Part shown: positions 42,578 through 55,197 of the stretch, piece by piece | How the letters are laid out: every line of letters begins with the position of its first letter | How positions within the stretch are numbered: the first letter of the stretch is position 1 | NCBI RefSeq assembly: GCF_037042905.1 | Contig: NC_087246.1 | Span: 5,396,001 to 5,460,000 of the forward strand | Reading direction: 5' to 3' | Length of the DNA: 64,000 nt | Origin: Lytechinus pictus | Lineage: Eukaryota | Notes under the pieces: model-generated | What the model saw: the letters and a program-made list of their open reading frames with translations, nothing else | What the model was told of the DNA's origin: nothing | Databases searched by the model: none | Translations under genes and position numbers: made by a program

Positions 42578-44324
42578 ATAGGGTCAAGTCGACAGGATTC
42601 TTTTGGAATTAGAAATCACAGTCATGTTCAACAGCTTTGGCAAATCTTTTATTTAAGTATGCGGTGTACTGTACGTTAAGAAAGAAATGCTAATTCCATC
42701 AAGGTTCAAATTTTTAGCCTAAAAACAAGTTTGTCCTTTGTTCTTCGTTATTTGTCAATTTTCGTAATCGAACAACAGCTTTCTGTATCTTTTAAGGGAG
42801 GGTCAAGAATAAAAAAAAAAAATTAGTGGATCCCCCTATTCTCAAAAACATTTACCTAAATCATATTGTATTTTACAATTTTGTCGATGTATTAAAATAG
42901 TATGTATGTTTTGCATTTTTGTTTATTCTTATAGTTAGGCTTTTCAATTGAATGTATGCTATGTATATTATTCAATTATAATATTGTATATCATTTCCAT
43001 GAATATTAGAATATAACGATTAGCTATAGAGTAGAGTGCATTAATTACGTCCTGTTCATAGAAAGTGAAGTATAATGACCTTTCTCCTGAGTTCTGACCT
43101 ACCCATGGGTTGAGACTTAACGATAATTGGTTGTCTATAATAGGCAGTGGTCAGATGTCCTGTATTTTATATACCACATGTCCACACATTTAGTATGGGT
43201 TCCTTCATTTATGTAAAGCTTGTTATTCCTCAATCATTATTTCACCCCAGATGTGCACTTTTTCATCATTCATAGATAAGACTGTCTTTAAAATTATTAT
43301 GTCCGAAGTGATCATTATACTTCAGCTCTTAACATCACTATAGCGTCGTTTTGAAGAGGTAGATTGTCTGGGGGTAATTGATACTCGGCTACGCATCGGT
43401 TAACTTTGGAAATATATAGAGGAATCTATGGTAGTCGATGGATTCTGTAAATGGGCTTGGGATGAGGTAAGAAATAAACCAGGAATAGATGGAGGCAGTT
43501 TTAAGAAAAGGGGTTTCCAGTATGTTGCGTTCGAATCGTGTGCACACAGCATGGAAATTAAAACTTAAGAAGCTTGGCTGAAATAAGAGCGAATATACAC
43601 TCTGCTGTGCTTCTCTTTTCTGCCGCAGCATGGCGCAGTTAGGGGAGTATGGGCCCCAGAGGTCCCGCGGGAGAAACAGGAGCGCAAATAGAATGGTCAA
43701 GTCCCTTGCCAGAATCGAAATAATTACGCCCTGAAACATCGCGATCTAGCTGGGGAACATGCATCCAGTCACGCGAAGCCGCCTCGACTGCCGCAGTGGT
43801 AAAGGTTTCTTAGTGGAGAGATGCGTGGTTTGGTTGAGAAAGGTTTACTGGTCATGGCCGGCTGAACACGGCGCTACTATACTGATGCGTTATCTTCGCT
43901 TCGTTGGGTAGTAGCCTTAAGTTATGAATATTAAATACACGTTAATTGAGACCCGACTAACCCAGGATCCCAAGAGCGTTCTGCACAAGGATCAGAGTCT
44001 GAAGTAAATGCCTTATTAACCGAAGGATTCAGGCGAAATAATTTTTTTTTTTTGGGGGGGGGAGGACTCACCAACATAATATATCTACTACTACCCCATT
44101 TATATCTTGTAACCGAACAACTCATACTGCGTTAGTCAGCCATGTCAGGAAATTGGGCTACTCTTTCATGGTCCTCAAAGTAAACACAATTTGCAGATGA
44201 TAGGCGATGCAAAAGCAATGCACATTTAACTCTGAAATTATCAATCTGACGTTATACAAATCAATGTTTCTCTGAAATGTGTAAAAGATGGTAGAAGATA
44301 ATCCTCTTAAGACCTTCTGTCAAA

Positions 44325-44564
44325 GATATATTGGATAAAAGTGCTCATGAGGGTGATTATGTGTCAAACCAACATTGGGCATTTCTTTTGGGCATTTTGT
44401 TTATCCAGTGTGATTAGAATTTTGCCCATTCTAAAGTAATTGCTGCTTATTTTTTAACCTAACTGGACATGCTTCGCGCGTTGGGTAAAATACTGCCCCA
44501 AATTGGTTGGACACATAATTACCCTCGTGGTGGTAAAAATTTCACCCAATATTTTTTTACGGTG
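44325..44564. mobile_element. Degenerate MITE with internal inverted repeats, CAC(C/T)G-type right end
   Basis: GAGGGTGATTATGTGTCAAACCAA pairs with TTGGTTGGACACATAATTACCCTC; right end CCCAATATTTTTTTACGGTG; left end eroded. Confidence 0.55.
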
Positions 44565-44839
44565 TTGGCCGTATGTAATATTATTCAGAAACGCGTATCC
44601 TTTCAAGTCGGTCTTATGCTCAAAGTGCATTAGCAATGTACACGTAGGTCTACTTATACTTTAGTGGGCGTGATCGGATTGCAATTAACAACATTCATAA
44701 CATTGACAAGCAATGACTTACACACAAACTTCACATTTAAAACGAGCTCATGCACACAGCAATCCGAGGACGTCTTTGGTTCGCAAACCATTGACAATAG
44801 TTCCAGATCGTAAAGTTTTTGCAAATATGGGTACAATAA

Positions 44840-45441
44840 AGGGCAAGTCCATCCACATAATAAGTTTATATGAATAAAAAGAGAAAAATCAAACAAGCAT
44901 AACACTGAGAATTTCATTAAATCGGATGTAAACTCAGAAATCTTTGACATTTTGCTTACTTAACAAAGCAGGTATATGCACATCCTGACATCCTATGCAT
45001 GCAAATGAGAGGGCAGATGACATCACCCAATCACTATTTATTTTGTATTCTATTGTATGAAATATTCTAATTTTCTCCTGATTGGCATTTGAAACAAAAA
45101 TTTTTTTTCTCCCTGAACATGTGAAATTACCATCGTTATATTTTTGGGGGTTCAGTCAAGTTAGTCCTTAAAAAAATGTAAATATTGAAATATTGTATAA
45201 TTCAAACAATAAAAAACAAAAGAAATAGACAGTGAGTGAGTGGCATCGTCGATTCTCTCATTTGCATGTCACTAAGTTGTGCATATGAAAATAATAATAA
45301 TTGGTTTTGTGAAATGTAAGCGAAAATTAAAGTGTCATAACTTTCTTTTTTTTCATCAAATTTTGGTAAAACTTGCAATATTGTGTATCTTAAATTTTCT
45401 CTATTTATTCAATAGACTTGTGTCTGGCGTGCTCTTGACCT
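44840..45441 (+). mobile_element. Non-autonomous TTAA-target DNA transposon (Kolobok-like), copy 1
   Basis: (A)TAA|AGGGCAAGTCCA … CTTGACCT|TTAA; subterminal inverted repeats; colinear over about 600 bp with the copy at 60870-61612. Confidence 0.8.
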
Positions 45442-46410
45442 TTAAATTTGTCATTGACTGACCATATAGGATGTCCTCGGTTGCATAGTAAAATTTCGTA
45501 TGATCCTTGCTTGTCCAGAATCCTCCTGTCCTCGGTTGGGCCTATGTAGTATAATACTTTTCTTTAGAAAAAATTCTATTTGAAACTGCCTTGCAACTTT
45601 GTATAGGCTTATAAAGAAAATGTAGGTTGTGTTGTTTGAGAAAGTTTTTATAAGTGTGATGGAGATGATGGATAGCTGTATTGATATTTCAAAGGCACGC
45701 CACCAAATATTTTTGTGATAACATTTCTTCTTATTTTGACTAGGTCTGCATCCTTCAATAAGTCATGAAGAATCTTACAAACAATGTAAAATGTGACGGA
45801 ATGATATAAGATCAATATATCACACTCTGGATGTGATCAATAAGTTTTAAAATGATCTTCGTTGAGAACAGGAGATGGCCTACTTGCATTGATATCTCTT
45901 TATTTTACCCCCCCCCCCTCCCCTCCCCTCATCAGTTCTCCGAGTGTTGTTTAATCTTGCGTTCCTCTTCATTTCGCTTCATATCCTTGCTTAATCATCC
46001 TAAAAATAACCTTTTCCCTCCCTCTCTTATTTCCCCTCTCCCTTCACTCTCTCCTTTACCCTCTCCCAAACACCACTCTCATCTCACCCGTAAACATCCT
46101 CGCATCCGTGCTCTCGGATAATTATATTTATATATAGATGACATGGTATATTAGGATCCACGCAAGAAAAGGCTGCTCCTAAAATGGGACATCTGTGCTT
46201 AGTGTCAGTCGAAATGTTTGCTTTGATGGGTCAAACCTGTATTAAAGAATTATCATAAATTATTACCCCCACCCCTTCACTGTTCGCGCTACGAAATATC
46301 CCACTATTTGACCATCTTCATGAAAAGATACCGGGTACCATTGGTTATTATCAAATTTATTGTCATAATGGTTAAACATTGATTCATACATATTCAAATT
46401 ATTAGATACA

Positions 46411-46646
46411 CACTGAAAATGTTGGGCAACATACTGTCCACTGTGATAGGTAATGTATGTTGGTAAAAAAATATCTATTTATTCTGGGCAATAATTTTTT
46501 TTCCAATTGAGCAAATTTATTACCCAATTATCAGTTTTTATTACCCAATTGGACAGATTTTAAGCTATATTGATGTGGACAGTATGTTGCCCAGGGTTGG
46601 TTAAAAGTTGAGCATTTTTTGTTGTTGTCCAGTTATTTTAAGAGTG
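46411..46646. mobile_element. MITE with CACT…AGTG ends
   Basis: CACTGAAAAT…TTTTAAGAGTG; perfect 18-bp inverted repeat GGGCAACATACTGTCCAC / GTGGACAGTATGTTGCCC. Confidence 0.65.
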
Positions 46647-47248
46647 TACATTTTACGTTATTTCTTTATTTCAATAGACATACTAATATTCAAGCAAGTT
46701 GAATAAGCGCAACAAACTTGGATACACTGACTACAATAATTCTTATATGGATACGTGGAAGTGATCTCACTTTCCAGTGAGATCAAATAATCATCATTCT
46801 TATCGACATTTAACTTTTTGGTTATGTAAGGGGGGTGGTGGGAGTTAAGGATTTCTCTTGGGCAAGTTACATAATAATTGTGCTTTCTTTGTACGTTATT
46901 TTATGTATATGTATTCCGCAATCGTATTCTGTAACTTGGATAACCCCTTTCAAGCTCCTTGCAGCTTGTTGGTTTTCCCATATTTCTCTCACAACATAAG
47001 TTTTATAGTTTCAAATTCATATACATATTCACTATATTATTGATTCAATTATCATGTTTTTATTGTTTGAATGTACATATTTTGTATTGGTTTATCATAA
47101 GAAATAGAATCTATCAATCAATCAATCATAACTTATTTCTATTTTTTCGTATAAGCTTCATGTTCATTCAAATTTTCATTGAAACTTTTAATGACGCATA
47201 TTCGACATGTCAAAAGCATCTCTATAGTTTGATTCTGTCTAGAAACCT

Positions 47249-47660
47249 GGGTCCCGTCTTGCAAGGAGTTGTGATTGGTTACTGAAATCCATCATTGTCA
47301 TCATTTGTTTCAAAAGGAAATTTGCAAAATGTCATTTAATAAATAAAGAGGAGCATATTAAACTGAAGAAAACAATGATTGTATGAATATTAGAGAACAT
47401 TTAGAAAGCATGTTGAACAAACATGCATTTAGGATGTTGGCTTTGCTGGCTTTCCGTAGTTGTGGTTAATCTGGAGCCCGTTTCATAAAGAGTTGCAACT
47501 GTTGTAACTTTGCCACTATGGCAACTACCATGATATCCTTGGTTTTGATTAGCTGCTGAGCCCTGTTGCCATGGTAGTTGCCATAATGGCAAAGTTACAA
47601 CAGTTGTAACTCTTTATGAAAGAGGCCCCTGATCTATCGTAACTCTTTGTATAAGGTACT
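47249..47660. mobile_element. Older Harbinger-like MITE hosting the insertion at 47474-47628
   Basis: Degenerate TIRs GGGTCCCGTCTTGCAAGGAGTTGTGATTG / CTATCGTAACTCTTTGTATAAGGTACTC. Confidence 0.55.
47474..47628. mobile_element. PIF/Harbinger-type palindromic MITE, copy 2
   Basis: Same sequence family as 40324-40475; exact 3-bp TSD CTG at 47471-47473 and 47629-47631. Confidence 0.88.
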
Positions 47661-47898
47661 CTAATTTAAAAAGTAACATCGTTTCTTTGGTGTTCTGTCA
47701 TCATTTACCATTGATATTGTATGTTTATTGATCTTTTAATAATTTGGAATGTGTGCACGTCATACGGACTGTGGAAGTTTTGCTACTTTTTATTTTGCCG
47801 TTTATGTTATGCAGATAGTCAACTGAAATGAATAATAAACATAATTGTTTTTTATTGAAATATAAAGGTAAAATCCGTTTTATCTTTTTTATTTTCAG

Positions 47899-47966
47899 AT
47901 AACCCAACTAAAAATCGACCATAATCCCTTCGCCAAAGGCTTTCGAGACAACGGAATGGCAAGAAG
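47899..47966 (+). CDS. tbx6/16: T-box gene exon 5 ([22 protein letters not shown]), end of the T-box
   Basis: Acceptor ttttattttcag|ATA, donor AAG|GTAATT at 47967; canonical NPFAKGFR. Not in the ORF track. Confidence 0.96.
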
Positions 47967-49429
47967 GTAATTTTTATTCACAGATATTTTTTGAGTAATA
48001 CAATTTTCTCATGAATAGTTAAATCAAAGAAGCTAAGATTTTGCAGTCACAACTATTTTTTTTTCAAAGACATCATTGTATTGAAATTATAAGTTACTGT
48101 TGAGAAGAACTACTTTAAAAAAAAGTTGTTAAAAAGAAACACATATTTCAAGGGCTTAATTGGTTTGAAAGGGGGTGCACCCCATGCAGAAAAAACCCAC
48201 AATCTGATGGTTATCTTTACATTTTAGGGGGAAAATGATTGCTAAACCCCCAGCCTACTCCTTCCACGGCCCCTGTTTTGGGAAAGCTATAGTAATTTGA
48301 GCGAGATTGCAGTTCGACAGAATATAAATGGCGAGGGGTGGTTCTGATGGGTAAAGTGATCTCGTATGGCGGGTTGAACGAACGATGTACGACTCGTGAT
48401 GGATTGGCGGGAAACCGAGTCAAATGATTCTACAATCCAATTCTACTTCATGCTTATCGATATGGACATTGTGTTCACATTGCTGCATGCGTGTATGAAT
48501 TGCATCTCAGTTTTGAACAATTAACAGTTAAACGAAGAGGATTTCGAAAACTGAAAGAGCAGTAATAAAGATTTCAATTTGAGGCGAAAAGAAAGAACTT
48601 TTAAAAAGGCGTATTTTTGCATTTAGCTTCATTATTAAATTGTCATGCATAATTAACCTTTCGTGTATGCATTAATATGATGAGCAAGAATGAACAAGCT
48701 ATGAAAACAAATATTTAATTCAGAACGAAATTGGTCACGTGATGAAGAGTCATGTTCCAATCACAACGCATTTCCTATGGGTGGGGAAATACACATAGGA
48801 AATACATGCATGTTTTTTTTTTGGGGGGAGCTATATAGAAAGTAAAGCTATTACAAGTATTGGTATGGAAACCCGTTTTCAATTGATTTGATTTCTGGAA
48901 TTCCGACGATATGCAAGCTTGCGTTTGTTAAACACTCCTGTACAAAATTAGCTAGCACTAAAAGTGATCAATGAGGAAAGGCCCATGTGAGGGATACAGA
49001 TCGTGAAACACGTCGTTTTCTAACCGTGTCCCAACGCGCCCATCAGGGAGAGAGAGGTAGTTTAGTAAGGTGTGGCATCTTACGCTGTTGTCTTGCACTC
49101 AACATAACATAGTGTATAGCAGGATGGATGTCATAGGAAGTTTGGTACCATCAGTGACTATTATGTCCTCTTGTAGTTAACACTTATTATCATGGTTATG
49201 AATACGTTACCCACACATTAATGCATGGGATGTTTGTTTTTTATACTTTTAACATTAAAATCGCATTTCTCTTAATATTTCTTTTCTGCTACATCGCAAT
49301 CACAATCGATTGTTATTAATTAATAAATACAAATATCTTCCTTTGACGGTAATATTGTCATGAGCCATTTCAGTTTATAGCCCCCCTCCTTCTCTGCGAT
49401 GGGTATTTGTAGCATTAAATTATTCTGTG

Positions 49430-49660
49430 TGAAAGAAAATAAATTCCGAACTTAGTATATATATTTTTTTGCATTTTATTGGTTGCATCAAAGCCAAAAA
49501 TGAATGTCACTACAAATGATGATGAAAAATGTGACTGAAAGAAAATAAATTCCGAACTTAGTATATATATTTTTTTACATTTTATTGGTTGCATCAAAGC
49601 CAGAAATGAATGTCACTACAAATGATGATGAAAAATGTGACTGAAAGAAAATAAATACCG
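49430..49660 (+). repeat. 106-bp tandem duplication (2 full copies plus a partial third)
   Basis: Unit GAAAGAAAATAAATTCCGAAC… begins at 49431, 49537 and 49643; I see two substitutions between the full copies. Confidence 0.95.
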
Positions 49661-50075
49661 TGATAGTATAACTGTTTTCACTGTTGAAGAATCGTTGCCA
49701 TTTTTTAAAATTCTTATTTCAGAATTACCTGTTCACTCATACAAAAAGATACAGGGTCTTATAGGGCTTTTAGTCTTAAAGTTATATCTTAATTAGTTTA
49801 TGTTTGTCATTTTTGTGGGGTGTCATATCTATTAACCGTAAAATACAACTGCTCGTATGGCCGGATGTTTTATGTTTATTCGATCCATCGCACCAAAACA
49901 CCAATTATAAATCGATCACACTAGGGGCGGACGATTGTTCAGTTGACATTATAAGAGCGGGATGGAATGAAGCATAAATCAAGAATCCGTTACGTCTCGC
50001 CTCGGAACTCGTCTTCATTTACCATACTGATATAGTTTTCATCTATTGGCTTCTGATTATCATTTGATCACCCAG

Positions 50076-50140
50076 GGGCTCACGGCTAGCTCTCAAGCGA
50101 TCCAACTCCAAGATTGATGAGATGGATGAGGACAAGAAGG
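50076..50140 (+). CDS. tbx6/16: T-box gene exon 6, 65-nt small exon (R-GSRLALKRSNSKIDEMDEDKK)
   Basis: Acceptor cccag|G and strong donor AGG|GTAAGT at 50141. Phase 2 in and phase 1 out exactly bridge exon 5 and exon 7, which are otherwise frame-incompatible. Confidence 0.8.
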
Positions 50141-50307
50141 GTAAGTTACTCCTCCTTCTTCTGACATCAAAACAAATGCGAAGGGAGAAGGTGCACGAGG
50201 AAGATAAAGGGAATCAAAATATGAAAAAGAAAGAGAGAGAAATAGAGATGTAGAGAAAGATAGTTAGGAATCTGGAACACAAACGCCGGACAGAGATAGA
50301 GAAAGTG

Positions 50308-50339
50308 GTTGTAGTAATTAGTTGTAGCGGTAGTAAAGT

Positions 50340-50386
<47 letters not shown>

Positions 50387-50387
50387 A

Positions 50388-50422
<35 letters not shown>

Positions 50423-50540
50423 TAAGAAGAAGTAGTAGTTGTAGTGGCGGTAGTGGTAGAAGTAGCAGTCGTATATAGTAGTATAGTAGTAGTAGTAGTA
50501 GTAGTAGTAAAATTAGCAGCAACAGTACTATAATAGTAGT
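50308..50540. repeat. (TAG)n microsatellite array
   Basis: Direct read; explains the poly-Thr and poly-Leu ORFs. Confidence 0.95.
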
Positions 50541-51626
50541 TATATACTATAATCATAGAATAGAACCCACTTAACCTTCACCTTAACTCAACAGCATTTG
50601 ACGGTTGACCATTCATGATTCTTCACCCTTATTCTTGTTTCCGGGAAGATGTATTTAGTTTATCAAATAACCATTAATATTTATGACTCTTGAAATGTGC
50701 ACAGCGGGTATTAAAATAATTATTATTGTTGAGAGAATTGCGACGTGTATGAATTTATGGCACCGGTCGTCTCGACGTGTAGCGATCGGTGCTGTAATCA
50801 CGTGACAATCCAATGAAGGGGGAAAAGGCACGAGGAAAATTCATAATAAATACCTAGTATACCCTCCTATATCCACTTTTCAATGATTTTTTTTACTCCA
50901 TTGAATTTCCTTCATAATTTTACATCAATTTTCCCTTGAAAATCATGATTACGATCTTAAAAAAAAAACAGATCCAGACTTTGATTTCGTTTGCTTTGGG
51001 AGGGGGTGTATTCGGGTTTTTTTTAAACCATTAACAGAAACACGCTCCCGCACACACACATAAACACAACACACACCCCTATTTTACATCCGCACTCAGA
51101 ACACTGCTAACAAACAAAAAATATGCAGATAAAATATTCCTAGAAATATAGAGTCACAACGAAATATTTCTTTTCTCTATTTTTTCCTTTACAATAACGG
51201 GGGAAGTTTTGATGAGCCTGTATTTGTATCAGTACTGTTTGTCGTGGTTACATTCTGACTTTGGTAGAAAAAAATGTTCATGAAATAAAAATCAATTCCA
51301 ATCTAAGTAAAAATGAAATTGTGGGCTACGTAAACAATATTAAGTTAATAAACTTATTCATTTTTTAGTTAAACGAGTTACTTACATACGATGTTATTTA
51401 AGGGACTCTGCACTTCAATTTTATTAATACTTAGTTCCCATTGTGTATTATTATTATCAATGTAACATTATATTCTTTAAATTTATTTCTTATTATACAT
51501 GGTGCAAAAATAAAACAAACAAATCGTGGTAGGCGCACTGTCGTCATAAAAATTTGTAACCGTAGTAGTTCTACATCTACCTGAGATATCGTTATCATAG
51601 GACATGGATGATTATGTTTACTTTTA

Positions 51627-52032
51627 TTTGGTCTAATGCCAGTTCGTCCATTGCAAACTCGTCTACTATCATTTGGTCTACCATCAGTTCGTCCAATTTC
51701 CCTATGTTCTAATTGCCATTTCGTCCACTCACCATTTGGTCTAATAACAAGTTGGTCCAATAGCCATTTAGTCCATATACCATTTGGTCTAATTAGACTA
51801 AGTGTTAATTGGGCAAAATTAATGAAAGTAAAACAGATATTAGACCAACTGGTTATGAGACGAAATGGTTATAGACGAACTGGTGATTAGACGAAGTGAA
51901 GATTGGACCAAATGGTTATTGGACAAAATGGTTGTAAGACGAAATATTGATGGACGGAATGGCATTAGACTGAATGAAGGTATACCATGTGGTGAGTGGA
52001 CGAGTTAGCAGTAGACTAATGGGCAATTTACC
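51627..52032. mobile_element. Foldback element built from about 15-16-bp tandem subrepeats in inverted arrays (MuDR/Rehavkus-like architecture)
   Basis: The left half repeats CA(G/T)TT(C/G)GTC(C/T)AAT-like units and the right half repeats the reverse complement ATT(A/G)GAC(C/G)AA(A/C)TG; right end GGCAATTTACC. Confidence 0.75.
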
Positions 52033-55000
52033 GATGATTATAGGCCTATTGTACAATTACTGTACAATTAAAACTTTTCACATAGTTGCGAATGTACCTA
52101 TTTAGCACACCTGTATTTTCAAAATTATATTTCAGGATTACAGATTACGAAAAATATAACCTCAAAAATCTCAACGAAAACCACGGTCATGGTTGTCATA
52201 CACAGTACTTCAAGGGATTTTTTTCATTACAGGGATGATTAGATGTTTCAGCAATTTCCCACATTTACACAAATCATATCAATCTGAATTTAAATACTGA
52301 GATTGTGATCTTAATTCATTTGAATCGATATTGTTCCATCGTGACAGCTCAAGTACAATCTTACTAAATCATCTCCAAAAATAATATCTATAAATGTAGG
52401 TCTAATTCGGTAGGGCTGCTATTGTAAATATTATCTGATTAATTCGCTTCCATTTGTTCATTAATGTTTTAAATTTTCAAAATAATATTATAAAAAGATT
52501 GAAATATGAATCACCATCCTGACATTTCATCCAACTGCACATTCCTCCTAGGTGTCCAACACAAATTGTTTCTTCTGTCCCATTGCCTATACTGCAATGT
52601 AAACAGAATCTCGAAAGGGTGGGTGGGGTGGGGGAATACCCTGGAATCAGATGTGAAGAAATGGGTCGAAGAGGGTCGATAGGATCAATGTGTATTTCCC
52701 CCAAGTCAGGTATAAAAGTTTGTGTTATTTCAGGAGTAGGATCAAGTTATGTAAGCAGCCACCTCATCCCCCACCCTCCAAAGTTCCACCCCGTATCCAT
52801 GTCAGCAGGGACTCCGCCACTGTTTCTGTCGATCTGTCTGCCAGTGACATACAGTGGTGAGGCATCAGCTGGCCTGGCAAGGTTTACGGGAAAAGAAGGC
52901 AGTTCGCTTCGCTTCACGGTCCCCTAACTCTACGGCAGGGGCCCTCTCTCGTTGATCTATCGGACCGTCATGCCTTGCTTGCCACGCGGCATCTAAGTTT
53001 CATAGAATATTAAATGAGATATCAAAGTTTCATAGAGACGTACGCGTGTGTCATCTACAGATGGGAATTATTTTGTCCTCCCTTTCCCTTCTTCCGTTTT
53101 TTCTACCCATCAAAATGCAATTGCAAAGAGCAGACATTATCTTTAGTCTTTCTTTAGGGCACTTAAAGGGGCTTAACATCAGTCCTTGCATACCTGTCTC
53201 ATGTATCCAATAGTTTAACATCGATCATAGATTAAGAGAAAGAAAATCGGCGGGGTTTTTTAATTCTCGATTCCGAAAATAAATTGTTACAAAAATATCA
53301 TTGCATTCGTACCCAACCTTCTTAAAGGTCAAACTTACGAATGGCGTGAGCAAGAATAAAAGATAGCAATTTTGATTAGAACTTTTGTAATATAATTCGA
53401 TACAATGATCACAGCATAATTTATCTAGTATTTAGCCTTTCTATTAATATCTGCTGGATACACAGTATTCTGAGATTTCTTGTTGAATTTCCAAAATCTT
53501 TCCTGAAAGAGTGGAAAATTCATTTCATGAAATTCCTGATTTCCGGGAAGAGTTAATGATGACAAAGACTTTGACAATGAGGATGATTACAATTGATGAT
53601 GATCACGATGTTGATGAAAATACAAAAAATCTCCTCCGAGTTTGGGTGTCCTGTCTTGGTTCTCCTAGCTGTCTAAATATAAAGTCAATGTGGGTTCACA
53701 TTTTTCTTTTGCTTGTGAAAGAGGGAATGCAAAATAATCGTGTGTTTAAATGAATAAAAAAAAATAGACGTCAATTGCTGCACAGTTAACGTTAATGTTG
53801 CCAGGACACAATTTACCGGTTCAATGCCTTGCACACTTTTTCTCTCTCCATTTTGTTTCAGCCTTATATCGCTTCCTCCATCAATTATTTTTAGCCTTGA
53901 CATTTTGGAGAATGCAAATAAGAGAGTCTAGTAGTGTCTGTAAGGTAACTCTTTACAATGGATTTTATGTGATGACCATCATTGACCCTTGCGTTAATTT
54001 ATTCTGCCATGACCGTCATTACGTCTTTCGAAGAAATGTTTCGTCATGATCTTTTTCCATTGCCATGGCGTTGTAATAACTTTTTATCGCATTCCCGCAG
54101 TCAAGAAGTGTGTATCATGAAAATCAGTACGACTCGTTGCACCTTTATATTAATTATTAATGACTTCTTGAAATAACTGAGTAACGTGAATATAGAAATA
54201 TGATGAAACAAGAAGAAATTCAGGAAGTGCATGAAGACAAAGAGAGAAGGGACAATGAAGTGAAATTACAAAAGAAAATGTAAACACAAGCATGGAAGAG
54301 ACTATAAAACGGGGGAGAAAGGTAAAGGGAATGAAGTACATTTACATCCAACAAAAAAGCATCAATACATTTTATGAACTTGAACAAAACAATGGAGGTA
54401 GCAACTCAGAAAGCACAGCTTGTGATGAGTGCACCGTGACATAAACAATAAATACATAGTACATGAAAAAACTTATCTAAACAAAGTACAATACAAAACA
54501 AGGGGATGAAAAGGGGGGTGGGGGGACAGGGCAACTTTATATAAAATACTAGTATATCATTTGAAACAGAAAATAAATCGTCAAACTAAACATCCCACAA
54601 CTAAATCTATAAAGCAAATCACAAAATTTAGGGACCAGACGTAAGGGCGAATTGTGAACTCGTGTTTGAAACAATAAAAATGGCAGAGGAGAGTGTGACG
54701 AGAATGAATACAATGACCTGAACAGTTCATGACGTAGTCAATCTTGTTATATTTTGCGTTACAGTGACGCACTCAATAATGATTAAAATTCACAAGATGA
54801 CTTATTTAAATGTATGTTATATGTATAATATATGTATATATGAAATTATGATGTTCAAAACATTAACGAAAGGATGTATGCCTTAAAAGGTTTATTAAGA
54901 TTTACACCTGTTGTTGCAAGACTGATTTAAAGACGTTTCATCAGAGCTCACCAAAAACGATTAGCTCAATCCTCATTGAATATCAGATTCCTTAGTTTAA

Positions 55001-55197
55001 GAAAAATCTGCAAATACAGATTTATCCCTAGGAATGATTAGGGGCAACTGGACAAGGGGGTGGGGCTGAAGCATCCCCCACGCACACACACTTTCAATAT
55101 TGTTCAGCGGCTGGTCCTGTCATTTACCTATATTTTCAAATTCTTTTAAAGACTCATATTATATTTGTTTCATGTGTTCTCTCCCTTTATTGAACAG

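Noticed and set aside
8339..47966. Assignment as Tbx2/3 or Tbx4/5
   Set aside because: It lacks the Tbx2/3 signatures (GKADPEMP, NNISDKHGF) and the Tbx4/5 signatures (RYKF, VTSYQN, KIENNP). The W-containing loop (FSLRW) and KIDHNP favour Tbx6/16, pending phylogeny.
51627..52032. CRISPR-like regularly spaced repeats
   Set aside because: Eukaryotic intron, degenerate abutting ~15-bp units, no unique spacers, orientation flips midway, and no cas genes.
54350..54780. Possible second LINE 3' end on the minus strand (FTIR…SGP-like peptide)
   Set aside because: Too degraded to support; only a frameshifted partial motif.
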